This document shows, in pieces, positions 28,912 to 36,806 of a stretch of 64,000 nucleotides of DNA. Source of the DNA: an uncultured Pseudomonadales bacterium (GTDB lineage: Bacteria; Patescibacteriota; Microgenomatia; UBA1400; UBA12108); contig CAZGNX010000001.1 of the NCBI GenBank assembly GCA_964527065.1, positions 45 to 64,044 on the forward strand, read 5' to 3'. Numbering within the stretch: the stretch's first letter is position 1; each line of letters opens with the position of its first letter. The translations under genes were made by a program, and so were the position numbers. The notes beneath the pieces are model-generated. The model made no database searches. It was not told the origin of the DNA and saw only the letters and a list, made by a program, of their open reading frames with translations.

Positions 28912-31551
28912 CTAGAACCCTGGTAGCTTGATAATATCACCCGCGACAATACGCAAAATCGAGACCGAGAAAATAAGGAAGAGGAGTCCGGTGACGGCGG
29001 CACCAAAGAGTTCTTTGCCTTTTTTGAGTTTCTCGTCATTGTCTCTGGCGGTCATGATTTGGAAGATGGCGATAAACATCACCACGATAGCGATACCGCC
29101 GGCTAGGCCGACCAAGAAAGCAAAAAGCGCGGTGCCAAAGGCCTCTCTCGTGTAGGGGATACAACCCAGGGCGGTGGAGAGTGATTGCGGGCCACAACTC
29201 GTGGGGAAGAAGCCGAAGGTGCCAGGCTCGTTGTCTGGTGTTGTGGGGGGGATTAGTGGGGCGGGAGGGGGAGAGGGGAGCTCGGTATTTTCATAACCAC
29301 CCTTGGTCATGTTGTTATACACGCTGAGAGCAACAGTAAACGAACCAGGTCTTTCAAAGATTTGAGGGGCGCAGGCGGTGCGGTCGGCACAGTAGAGGAG
29401 ATACATCGAATCGTGTTTGCCATCGAGGAAGCTGGTCGGGTAGGGATCGTCCTCGCCTTCAAAAGCGCGGGGACAGCCGCCATAGGGGATGGGATAAGGA
29501 TAACCGAGTTGACAGTTACTGTTGCCACCACCGTTGTAGCGGGAGAGAGCGGTGATGGCAGTCTGCGCATCCCCAATTGCCCCGCCCACCTTGCCTTTGA
29601 GATGTTCACCCGCATAGACGGCAGTCTCAAGGAGGGAGCGGAAGATCTTACCGCCCGCATCGGGCTCGGGAGTGCCGAGAGCCCGCCCAGAAACGAGTGA
29701 GCCATTGGGGTTATTGGCCGCCTCGACAAAGTGGATACCCGCCAAGATTTCACACGGTACGCCGGTCTCCTTTTCGGCGGCGGCATAGGTGTTCATTAGT
29801 TCGGCGCTCAAATTGGGTTGGATAAACGTCGAGAAGTAGCTCTCGCCCTTGGCGCTCGCGCTCTGATAATTACTACTGCCAAGCAGTTCACCAAACAGCC
29901 GTCCGTCACATTTACCTTCTGGTACCACCTGGGCGGTATCGCAGCCATTGCGGGTACCCAGAGCGTACGCCTCAACGCTAGTCTCAAGCTGAGCGGAAAA
30001 CATGTTGTCAGCACAGGTGTAGTAGCCATAATGACGCCTACCATCGGCGGGACCTGAGTATTTGCCTGCTTTGAGAAGATCAAGGTTGTCGTCTACGACA
30101 TTGCTGAGTTTAACATTAAACTCTTTGACTGATTCTAGCTCGGCCAAGGTATCGCGAGTGTCGTAGGTGTATTGCTTAATCTCTGCGATACTTTGACCCA
30201 TTGCGTCTGGAATTGTCAAGAGGTGATAAACGACAGGTTCAACGTCGTCAATCTGAGCGCCCCAAATGAGATTGATGAGAGCTTGTAGAAGGTTGCCGGT
30301 GGGGAATGCCGCGGCCTTTTCTTTTTGTACCTCTGGTTGGAGGCGGTAGCCAGGGCAGTTTTTATCTCCTCCGAGAAAAGATGGTGTTTCCAAATAGTCG
30401 TAGATTTGGTAAAAGGCGCCGTAGGAACCAAAGTGATATTTGAAACAGGGATTGCTCGCCATAAGCTCTGGAATGAGGCGTGCCTTAATCTTTTTGGCGG
30501 TGGCGTTTGGCGCCGCAGAGCCAGCAAAGCGAATTAGCTGGTTGGACGAGGCAAGGTCGCGAATTATTTTGCTTGCCTCATCTAGTGGATAGGTGAGAAG
30601 TAGATCGTCAAGGGCGGCGCCAAAGGCTTGGGAGATAGAGATGTCGCCGTAGAGCGCGTTGGAGTTGCCCTCCAACGCAAGGCTGCTAAAGGGGCAGTTT
30701 TCTCCGGGGCAACAGCGATCCCAGACGCAGATACTGGCGTGGACATACCCCTGGCGAAACGAGGGGCTATACATCGGGACTTGGGAGAGGTCCCTAAACC
30801 ACTCAGGTGGGGTAGTTTGTGAAGCTGCCTCTTCTATAGCGTCACAGGCTCGTTTACGGGAGCTTGAGGCATCGGAGACGGCATCGAGATTGCCGGCGTT
30901 TAAGAAAAAATCGTCCGTTGCTTCCACTATCACCTGTCCAGCCCCTGCCAATCCTCCAGGTATTTCGTCGCGGATCTCGAGTAAGGTTTTGCCGTTCTGG
31001 GTTGTGTAGCCCCAGTCGACCCAGCCAAGTGGCCACTGCCCAGTCTCAGCTAGAGTGTTCTTGGTTTGCTTGGCACGAATCACGACCATGAGCTGTTTGG
31101 TCATGATCTCGCACTGAGTAAGCCCGAGGAAGTGGGTACCCCAAGTGATCGCGTTATCTGTACCCATGTTGCCATACAAGAGGGCTTCGTTTTGGATTTT
31201 GGGGAAAACGAGGCGAGTGAGTGGACGAGCGCCCGTCTCAGCTCCCGTTTCTTGATTCAGTGTCCGATTCTCAGCGGAAAAGTCCGTAGCTTTGATATCG
31301 GAGCCAACGCGGGGTTTTTTCTTGTACTCACATTCGCCCACGCTAACCCCACTCTTGGTAGGATCTTTGATGGCGGTACAACTACCATTGCCTGAAGAGA
31401 CTGTACTATGATAATCACCTCTGCCATTGGCCACCTTGCGCTCACAGAGATCAACCTCTCCACCATCACAGCCGTCAATGAGCTCGCCTGATTGATTATC
31501 GCGCTCACAATAGTCATCTCTACGATCAGCACCTTCGTACTCACAGACCAT
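28912..31551 (-). CDS. giant secreted fusion protein: Cys-rich region + SLT-like lytic transglycosylase motif + C-terminal VirB2/TrbC-like pilin module. Preceded in frame by a signal-peptide ORF cut off by TAG
   Basis: 879 aa from the Met at 31551. 'ILAGIHFVEAANNPNGSLVSGRALG' resembles the SLT catalytic 'ESSFNPNA...GA.GLMQ'. The last ~80 aa ('LGCIP...GLAGGIAIVVMF...KKGKELFGAAVTGLLFLIFSVSILRIVAGDIIKLPGF') are nearly identical to ORF 38811..39248. Confidence 0.7.
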   Translation of the reverse strand: MVCEYEGADRRDDYCERDNQSGELIDGCDGGEVDLCERKVANGRGDYHSTVSSGNGSCTAIKDPTKSGVSVGECEYKKKPRVGSDIKATDFSAENRTLNQETGAETGARPLTRLVFPKIQNEALLYGNMGTDNAITWGTHFLGLTQCEIMTKQLMVVIRAKQTKNTLAETGQWPLGWVDWGYTTQNGKTLLEIRDEIPGGLAGAGQVIVEATDDFFLNAGNLDAVSDASSSRKRACDAIEEAASQTTPPEWFRDLSQVPMYSPSFRQGYVHASICVWDRCCPGENCPFSSLALEGNSNALYGDISISQAFGAALDDLLLTYPLDEASKIIRDLASSNQLIRFAGSAAPNATAKKIKARLIPELMASNPCFKYHFGSYGAFYQIYDYLETPSFLGGDKNCPGYRLQPEVQKEKAAAFPTGNLLQALINLIWGAQIDDVEPVVYHLLTIPDAMGQSIAEIKQYTYDTRDTLAELESVKEFNVKLSNVVDDNLDLLKAGKYSGPADGRRHYGYYTCADNMFSAQLETSVEAYALGTRNGCDTAQVVPEGKCDGRLFGELLGSSNYQSASAKGESYFSTFIQPNLSAELMNTYAAAEKETGVPCEILAGIHFVEAANNPNGSLVSGRALGTPEPDAGGKIFRSLLETAVYAGEHLKGKVGGAIGDAQTAITALSRYNGGGNSNCQLGYPYPIPYGGCPRAFEGEDDPYPTSFLDGKHDSMYLLYCADRTACAPQIFERPGSFTVALSVYNNMTKGGYENTELPSPPPAPLIPPTTPDNEPGTFGFFPTSCGPQSLSTALGCIPYTREAFGTALFAFLVGLAGGIAIVVMFIAIFQIMTARDNDEKLKKGKELFGAAVTGLLFLIFSVSILRIVAGDIIKLPGF

Positions 31552-31644
31552 TAGTGGTTGATAGTCACGAGTGAGATCGCGGTTTTCGTAGACTTTGAAA
31601 TATGGTGCTCGTATGAAACGAAAGAGACTGAATAGCTCAAACTA

Positions 31645-31773
31645 CTCCTCGCGCTCGGGGTTGCCTTCAATAGAGAAGGGGGGGAAGGGGTCGATGGCCA
31701 GGGAAAGAGGAGGAAATAGGAAATAGGAAATAGGAAATAGGAATAATACGAAAAAACGCAAGAGCTTTTTCAT
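31645..31773 (-). CDS. signal-peptide mini-ORF (43 aa) in frame with the 879-aa gene but separated by TAG (31642-31644). Possible pseudogene 5' part or readthrough site
   Basis: Hand translation: MKKLLRFFVLFLFPISYFLFPPLSLAIDPFPPFSIEGNPEREE*. 'LA|IDP' matches the cleavage context of the 145-aa paralogue ('AALAIDP'). Frame stays open from 31641 to the Met at 31551. Confidence 0.5.
31712..31746. repeat. (GGAAATA)4 + GGAATAA heptanucleotide tandem repeat within the signal-peptide ORF
   Basis: Read directly. Same unit as 10607-10634. Encodes 'FPISYFLFP'. Confidence 0.9.
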
Positions 31774-31775
31774 AG

Positions 31776-32072
31776 CTAGTTAAAGCCAAATCTAAACTCA
31801 GTGACACTGGCTCCTGTTGTATTTTGGATGAATAAGAGGATGAGCCAGGAGAGAATTGAGAGCGCGATACCCACCACTGCGAGAGTAATTGTCTGCTTGC
31901 CTCCGGCCATACCCTTGGGATCACCACCTGAGGTAAGAATCTTGAAACCGCCAATGAGGAGCATGATAAAGGCAACTATGCCAATGAGGGGGATCATGGC
32001 CTCAAGGATGTTGCCGAAGTAGTCGGAGAGACAAGATAGTTCGGCGGCGGAAGCGGTATCGTTGCATGGCAT
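31776..32072 (-). CDS. VirB2/TrbC-like pilin family small membrane protein (paralogue 1)
   Basis: 98 aa. Two hydrophobic helices flanking 'LTSGGDPKGMAGG'. Same architecture as its neighbours. Confidence 0.5.
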   Translation of the reverse strand: MPCNDTASAAELSCLSDYFGNILEAMIPLIGIVAFIMLLIGGFKILTSGGDPKGMAGGKQTITLAVVGIALSILSWLILLFIQNTTGASVTEFRFGFN

Positions 32073-32280
32073 ATGGGATGATTATAGCAAAGAGCAAGGG
32101 TCGGATGATCACATTAATTTTATCTCACTGACTAAAATTGATCTCAAATACGATTGCTCGCAGGCTTCTCGTCTGCACCTGTTCGACTAGACGGCATACT
32201 CGCATTTTCAGGCGAATTTTCGCTCAATTTCTTAACGTATGTTCGTAAAATTAACGATGATCATCCTCACGCTAGGAGTC

Positions 32281-32631
32281 TTAGTAGGCTTTGGGTGGGG
32301 TGATGTTGTCGTTCAATATGCTGATACCGAAGAAGTATTGAATGACAAGCATGATGGCCCAGGCGCTCGCCACAACCGCCAAGCCAACGAGAGCGGCAGT
32401 GATACGATCACGAGCTTCCTGCGTTTTGCCTTTGTCACCGCCGGAGGTGATCCATTGGATGCCACCCCAAATAAGATACATGAAGACGAGCAGGGCAGAT
32501 ATAAGTAGAGCACCCTGGACAGCCCCTTTGATGAGCGTGCCAATGTTGGTGATGGCGACGTTTTCGGGTTTGCCAATTGAGAGTTCTGGAGCGCCTGGGG
32601 CTTGAGCGTAAACTTTGATTGAATCAAACAT
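32281..32631 (-). CDS. VirB2/TrbC-like pilin family small protein (paralogue 2)
   Basis: 116 aa. 'GGIQWITSGGDKGKTQEARDRI' loop between two hydrophobic helices. Confidence 0.55.
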   Translation of the reverse strand: MFDSIKVYAQAPGAPELSIGKPENVAITNIGTLIKGAVQGALLISALLVFMYLIWGGIQWITSGGDKGKTQEARDRITAALVGLAVVASAWAIMLVIQYFFGISILNDNITPPKAY

Positions 32632-32680
32632 ATCTTTCTCCTTATTTGTACTATCTAGTTATAGTGTAGTCAATTATTGA

Positions 32681-33049
32681 TTATTGTGCAATACCTATTC
32701 CAAAGAAATAATCTAGCAGGAGATAGACTGCCCAAGCAGAGGCGACAATGGCGAGTCCAATGATGCCGTTGGTGATTTTGGCGCGCGCTTCGTCCAGTTT
32801 GCCCTTGTCACCACCGGAACTAATCCACTGCAGACCTCCATAGATAAGATAGAGGAGCGTGGCAAGGCCAGCCACAAGAATAATGGCAGAGATGGTTTTG
32901 CTGACGAATGAGCCAAGATCGGTGTTGATGGCGACGCGTGATTCGACCTGATCACCTATACTGACGTTGAATGAGCCGGCTTGGGCATGAGCTGAGCTAG
33001 GAAAGAGGAAAGAGGAAAGAGGAAATAGATACAGTAAAATTTTTTTCAT
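32681..33049 (-). CDS. VirB2/TrbC-like pilin family small protein (paralogue 3)
   Basis: 122 aa. Signal peptide 'MKKILLYLFPLSSFLFPSSAHA'. 'GGLQWISSGGDKGKLDEARAKI'. Confidence 0.55.
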   Translation of the reverse strand: MKKILLYLFPLSSFLFPSSAHAQAGSFNVSIGDQVESRVAINTDLGSFVSKTISAIILVAGLATLLYLIYGGLQWISSGGDKGKLDEARAKITNGIIGLAIVASAWAVYLLLDYFFGIGIAQ

Positions 33050-33053
33050 ATGC

Positions 33054-33443
33054 TCAGCCGGCAGTGGGCCAGATTATATTGAGTATATTCATCCCGATGG
33101 CCATCTCAATAAACTTGATAATGACATAAGAGGCAGCGAGGAGGGCGAGTCCCACGAGACCTTGGGTGATTTTGCCCCTAGCTTCGTCGATCTTGCCTTT
33201 GTCACCCCCGGCCGTGATCCACTGTAAGCCGCCGTGCAAAAAGTAGAGGATAAACGCGAGCCCACCTACAAGAATGATGGTCTGCCAAAGAGTAGCGATC
33301 GTGATAGCAAATTGTTGTGGGGAAGCATCGGGTGAGTCACCTCCTGGTACGGCGGTGTTGGTGATGGCGGCATGCGCCAGAGACGCTCTTGTATAAAGTA
33401 TGGAGTATAGGGTATATAGTATCGGGACTATTTTGTTTGTCAT
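33054..33443 (-). CDS. VirB2/TrbC-like pilin family small protein (paralogue 4)
   Basis: 129 aa. 'GGLQWITAGGDKGKIDEARGKI'. N-terminus 'ILYTLYSILYT' is encoded by a degenerate AGTATRG heptamer repeat (33395-33425). Confidence 0.55.
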   Translation of the reverse strand: MTNKIVPILYTLYSILYTRASLAHAAITNTAVPGGDSPDASPQQFAITIATLWQTIILVGGLAFILYFLHGGLQWITAGGDKGKIDEARGKITQGLVGLALLAASYVIIKFIEMAIGMNILNIIWPTAG

Positions 33444-33445
33444 TT

Positions 33446-33805
33446 TTAGTTCACTGTAAGGCCGTTAATAAGTGCGCCAGGGTTGAGGATGTCGAGCCCC
33501 AGTGCTTTGCCCACAATCCAGACGATAGCATAAGAAACAGTGACTACAATGATGCCTGTTGCGCCTCCTGTCATCATGCTTTTGGCTTTGTCGATCTTGC
33601 CTTTGTCACCACCGGCCGTGATCCAATTGAGGCCACCCAGGAGGAAATAGAGGGCGAAGGCTATGCCAGCCACGAGAGTGAGGATTACAAGAATATTGCT
33701 GATGAGTTTTTCCACGGCACTTGTTGACCCCTCGATGCCTGTCCCTGGTTGGTAGCCACCGGGAGTGGTGATGTTGCCAAATTGGAGCGCGAGGTATTTG
33801 TTCAT
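33446..33805 (-). CDS. VirB2/TrbC-like pilin family small protein (paralogue 5)
   Basis: 119 aa. 'GGLNWITAGGDKGKIDKAKSMM'. Confidence 0.55.
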   Translation of the reverse strand: MNKYLALQFGNITTPGGYQPGTGIEGSTSAVEKLISNILVILTLVAGIAFALYFLLGGLNWITAGGDKGKIDKAKSMMTGGATGIIVVTVSYAIVWIVGKALGLDILNPGALINGLTVN

Positions 33806-33809
33806 ATGT

Positions 33810-34148
33810 TTAGTTGGGTGATCCTGGTCCGACTATATTGGGGGAGAGAATTGCGGTCGCAGAACCAAAGAGGAGGAAAGAGACTATGCCAGTGACGGCA
33901 GCCGCGGCTACCATGATGGCGAGGCCGATGAGGGACATGTTGATTGAGTAGAGCGCTGACTCGATCTTTTTAGTATCTCCGGCGGCGCTAATATAACTAA
34001 AACCAGCTATCATGAGGTTGAAGAAAGCGAATAGTCCGGCGGCGGCAAAAATAATCGTAATAACATTGGTTATAAAAGTAGGGAGGCCAGACTCAACGGA
34101 ACCGTAGGCGGTGATGGGGGAATCGATACTACCAAATGTGCTTGGCAT
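33810..34148 (-). CDS. VirB2/TrbC-like pilin family small protein (paralogue 6, divergent)
   Basis: 112 aa. 'SYISAAGDTKKIESAL' between two hydrophobic helices. Confidence 0.5.
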   Translation of the reverse strand: MPSTFGSIDSPITAYGSVESGLPTFITNVITIIFAAAGLFAFFNLMIAGFSYISAAGDTKKIESALYSINMSLIGLAIMVAAAAVTGIVSFLLFGSATAILSPNIVGPGSPN

Positions 34149-34152
34149 AAGT

Positions 34153-34473
34153 TTATATATTACTGTTTAGTATTGATAGTCCTGTCACCACTTGGATTAG
34201 TTGGATAATCCAGTAAGAGGCGAAGAGGACTAACAGCCCCATTATAGCAGAGGTGATAGTTTTGGTACCGTCTTTGATTTTGTCAGTGTTGCCGGCATTG
34301 CTGATGATGGTAAAGCCGCCAAAGAGGATCATAAAGAAGATGACAATACCTCCGGCGATATAGACATTGGGGAGAATGTTGTTGATAAGGGAGCTCGTGT
34401 CTGGATACTGGGAACTGGCGGGGGTACCCTGGAATTTGAGTTTTTCACCAATATTGACGGTAGAAACTGGCAT
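34153..34473 (-). CDS. VirB2/TrbC-like pilin family small protein (paralogue 7, divergent)
   Basis: 106 aa. 'GGFTIISNAGNTDKIKDGTK' between two hydrophobic helices. Confidence 0.5.
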   Translation of the reverse strand: MPVSTVNIGEKLKFQGTPASSQYPDTSSLINNILPNVYIAGGIVIFFMILFGGFTIISNAGNTDKIKDGTKTITSAIMGLLVLFASYWIIQLIQVVTGLSILNSNI

Positions 34474-34510
34474 GTCTCAAGTATAGCGTATCCAGTATAA
34501 TGTATATAGT
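34474..34510. promoter_or_regulatory. 37-nt divergent promoter region between the pilin array and the ECF sigma operon; GTATA-type heptamer periodicity
   Basis: 'gtctcaagtatagcgtatccagtataatgtatatagt'. Contains a TATAAT-like hexamer and AGTATAG / CGTATCC / AGTATAA / TGTATAT / AGTATGG 7-mers. Confidence 0.4.
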
Positions 34511-35047
34511 ATGGAGGAATTGGTTGAGAAAGTCTTGAATGGTCAGAAGGGGGCGGCGACGCGGTTTTACCACACCCTTTCGCCTAGCGTAAAGCGATAT
34601 TTGGCAGGCAAACTACCTGGGCATGAGGAGGTGGAGGAGCTAACCCAAGAAGTGTTTTTGTCGGCACTTGACTCGCTATCACTCTACCGTGGTGAGTCCA
34701 GTCTCAAGACCTGGATACTCTCGATTGCCCGCCACGAAGTGGCGGACTATTACCGCAAGCGTTATGTACGTGCCGTCATTGAGCAGACCTCCCCATTATT
34801 TGATGCGATCGTGGCAGATATCCATACCCCAGAATTTGAGATGAAGAAGAGCAAGCTTAGAGCCCGGTTTATGCGGGCATATCATGGTCTGAGTGAGCAA
34901 TACCGAGATGTTTTGAGTTTTCGCTTTGAGCTAGGGATGAGCGTCAAAGAGATTGCAGAGAGAATGGAAATGAGCGTCAAGGCGACAGAGTCACTGCTCT
35001 TTAGAGCACGAACAGCATTTAGAGTGGCTTATGAAACCAGAGAATAG
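34511..35047 (+). CDS. ECF-type RNA polymerase sigma-70 family factor
   Basis: 178 aa. Region 2 ('EELTQEVFLSALDSLSLYRGESSLKTWILSIARHEVADYYR') and region 4 HTH ('MSVKEIAERMEMSVKATESLLFRAR'). Confidence 0.85.
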   Translation: MEELVEKVLNGQKGAATRFYHTLSPSVKRYLAGKLPGHEEVEELTQEVFLSALDSLSLYRGESSLKTWILSIARHEVADYYRKRYVRAVIEQTSPLFDAIVADIHTPEFEMKKSKLRARFMRAYHGLSEQYRDVLSFRFELGMSVKEIAERMEMSVKATESLLFRARTAFRVAYETRE

Positions 35048-35267
35048 ATTTATCGCTGAGTTGGAACAAAAAGCCAAAGAACAGCAAAAATTGGTGGATA
35101 CTCAGATCATTCCTGGTTGGGCACGCGGCTTAGGTAATTGGCTGGCGGTGAACCCTTGGCGACTGGTAATACCAGTCGCCGGTATTGTGTATGGAGTATT
35201 GCGTATAGTGTACGGGGAACAATTTAGAGAATTAATATTAGGACTGTTTGGGGGATTTGCCAGATGA
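35031..35267 (+). CDS. putative anti-sigma factor (single-pass membrane protein)
   Basis: 78 aa. Overlaps the sigma gene end. Cytoplasmic helical N-terminus then TM 'LVIPVAGIVYGVLRIV'. Confidence 0.4.
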   Translation: MKPENRFIAELEQKAKEQQKLVDTQIIPGWARGLGNWLAVNPWRLVIPVAGIVYGVLRIVYGEQFRELILGLFGGFAR

Positions 35268-35569
35268 AAACACTTGTTTTGTGGATGAGCTATGTGTGGA
35301 GCGTGACACTGGCCGGACTCGCGATCCATCCTTACCAGTCGGTGAGGAGGATGGTGTTGGATAAGCCAGTATTGCTGCCAGTTACGCTTTCGCCAGTTCT
35401 GGGTCTTGTGGGACTATTTGTGGTTGGGAGGGTGTTTAGCTATGCATTTACCCTTGGCCCCATAGGACGTGAGCTCGCGGCCCTCGTGCTGGGGAGTACA
35501 CTGATTGGGCTCTTGTTGTGGCAAGGACTTCTCATTGCACTGGTTCTACGGTTTTGGCGCGCCCGGTGA
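35264..35569 (+). CDS. small polytopic membrane protein (sigma operon)
   Basis: 101 aa, three hydrophobic helices. ATGA overlap with the upstream gene. Confidence 0.45.
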   Translation: MKTLVLWMSYVWSVTLAGLAIHPYQSVRRMVLDKPVLLPVTLSPVLGLVGLFVVGRVFSYAFTLGPIGRELAALVLGSTLIGLLLWQGLLIALVLRFWRAR

Positions 35570-35760
35570 ATGATTAGCTGGACTTTGGCGACAATAGGGT
35601 GTGGAGCGAGAGGGTTACAGCGTACCCAAGATTTGGCGTTGGCATCAGAAATTGTGGGAGCTGAATAGAGCGACTCTGCAACATCAGATGGAGGAGGACA
35701 AGAAAGATTTGGAGAGGACAAGCGCGAATGATTTAGGGATAAAAGACGACTGTATTGTTT

Positions 35761-36309
35761 ATGCAAAACAGGCAAGTGGTCCTCGTGGATGAGCAAGATC
35801 TGGAGATAGGGACGGCTGATATATACGAGGCACACCAGGGCAAAGGTCTTAAACACAGGGCATTGTCAGTGATTTTGTATCGGAAGAAAAATGGCAAGAT
35901 AGAATTACTACACCAAAAGCGGGCAGAGGCGAAGCCAGTGTTTAAAATGCTCTGGAGCAATACGTGTTGCACCAACATGCGGCCAGGTGATGAATATTTG
36001 CCGCGTGCAGCCAGTCGGCTCGAAGAGGAGATGGGAATCAAAATTGGTCGAGAGCAGTTAAGAATTTTGTATGCGTTTAGCTATGAAGCGCCTGATCCTG
36101 CACAACCAGGTTGGTGCGAGAATGAACTAGATACAGTCATTGTGGGCGAGTGGGATGGAGAAGTGAAGATAAACCCAGAAGAAGCGGCCGATTATAAGTG
36201 GATAGAGCGGGACGACTTGAAGCGGGATGCCGAGCAACATCCAGAGATTTATTCACCCTGGCACAAGATCATTGTTAATGATCCACGATTTGGGGAGGGG
36301 CTGGGGTGA
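35761..36309 (+). CDS. idi: isopentenyl-diphosphate delta-isomerase, type 1 (Nudix fold)
   Basis: 'VVLVDEQDLEIGTADIYEAH...LKHRALSVILY' and the conserved 'WSNTCC' cysteine motif of IDI-1. Confidence 0.8.
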   Translation: MQNRQVVLVDEQDLEIGTADIYEAHQGKGLKHRALSVILYRKKNGKIELLHQKRAEAKPVFKMLWSNTCCTNMRPGDEYLPRAASRLEEEMGIKIGREQLRILYAFSYEAPDPAQPGWCENELDTVIVGEWDGEVKINPEEAADYKWIERDDLKRDAEQHPEIYSPWHKIIVNDPRFGEGLG

Positions 36310-36806
36310 GTGAAAAATGGGGCGTGGGAGGGATTGGGGTGACTATTGCAGGGGAAATTCTGTTATTCCCCCCAAATCCTGAGAATGCAGGGAAGTTAGA
36401 AAAAATTGAAGGCAATAAATCTGTATACGAGGATATAGAATATCTTTGGGAATCTTTTGGGGGGGCGGTTGATGCGGGAGATTGGGTAGGACTTAACTCT
36501 GTATTACAGTTTGCATTGATACGTGAATCCCTGGAAGAAAGAGGGGTCGATCTATCTCCAGACCAGTTAACACAGATGACTGAGGGATTCGTGGTTGAGC
36601 AACATAGAGAAAACAGAGATGTAAGTTTTTTAGTTGCCTGCTTTATAATCAGGTTAAACCAGGATCAAGAGCACTTCCTACGAGACAAGGGAGCTACTGT
36701 CTTAACAGAGTTTAAGGATTTGAGACCAAGAGATAGAGAAATGGTCAGAATGTATAAAGAAACTATCGGAATTCCAGTCGAGATACAACAAATGGTGTAC
36801 GCATGA
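36306..36806 (+). CDS. hypothetical protein with degenerate Nudix box (operon with idi and IPK)
   Basis: 166 aa. 'GGAVDAGDWVGLNSVLQFALIRESLEERGV' retains the R-E-x2-E-E-x-G-u part of the Nudix signature. Confidence 0.4.
   Translation: MSEKWGVGGIGVTIAGEILLFPPNPENAGKLEKIEGNKSVYEDIEYLWESFGGAVDAGDWVGLNSVLQFALIRESLEERGVDLSPDQLTQMTEGFVVEQHRENRDVSFLVACFIIRLNQDQEHFLRDKGATVLTEFKDLRPRDREMVRMYKETIGIPVEIQQMVYA

Noticed and set aside
31667-31975. 102-aa minus-strand ORF overlapping the signal-peptide region
   Set aside because: It is the alternative frame across the heptamer repeat and overlaps the 3' end of pilin paralogue 1. Hand translation shows the ATG at 31773 gives a proper signal peptide in frame with the 879-aa ORF instead.
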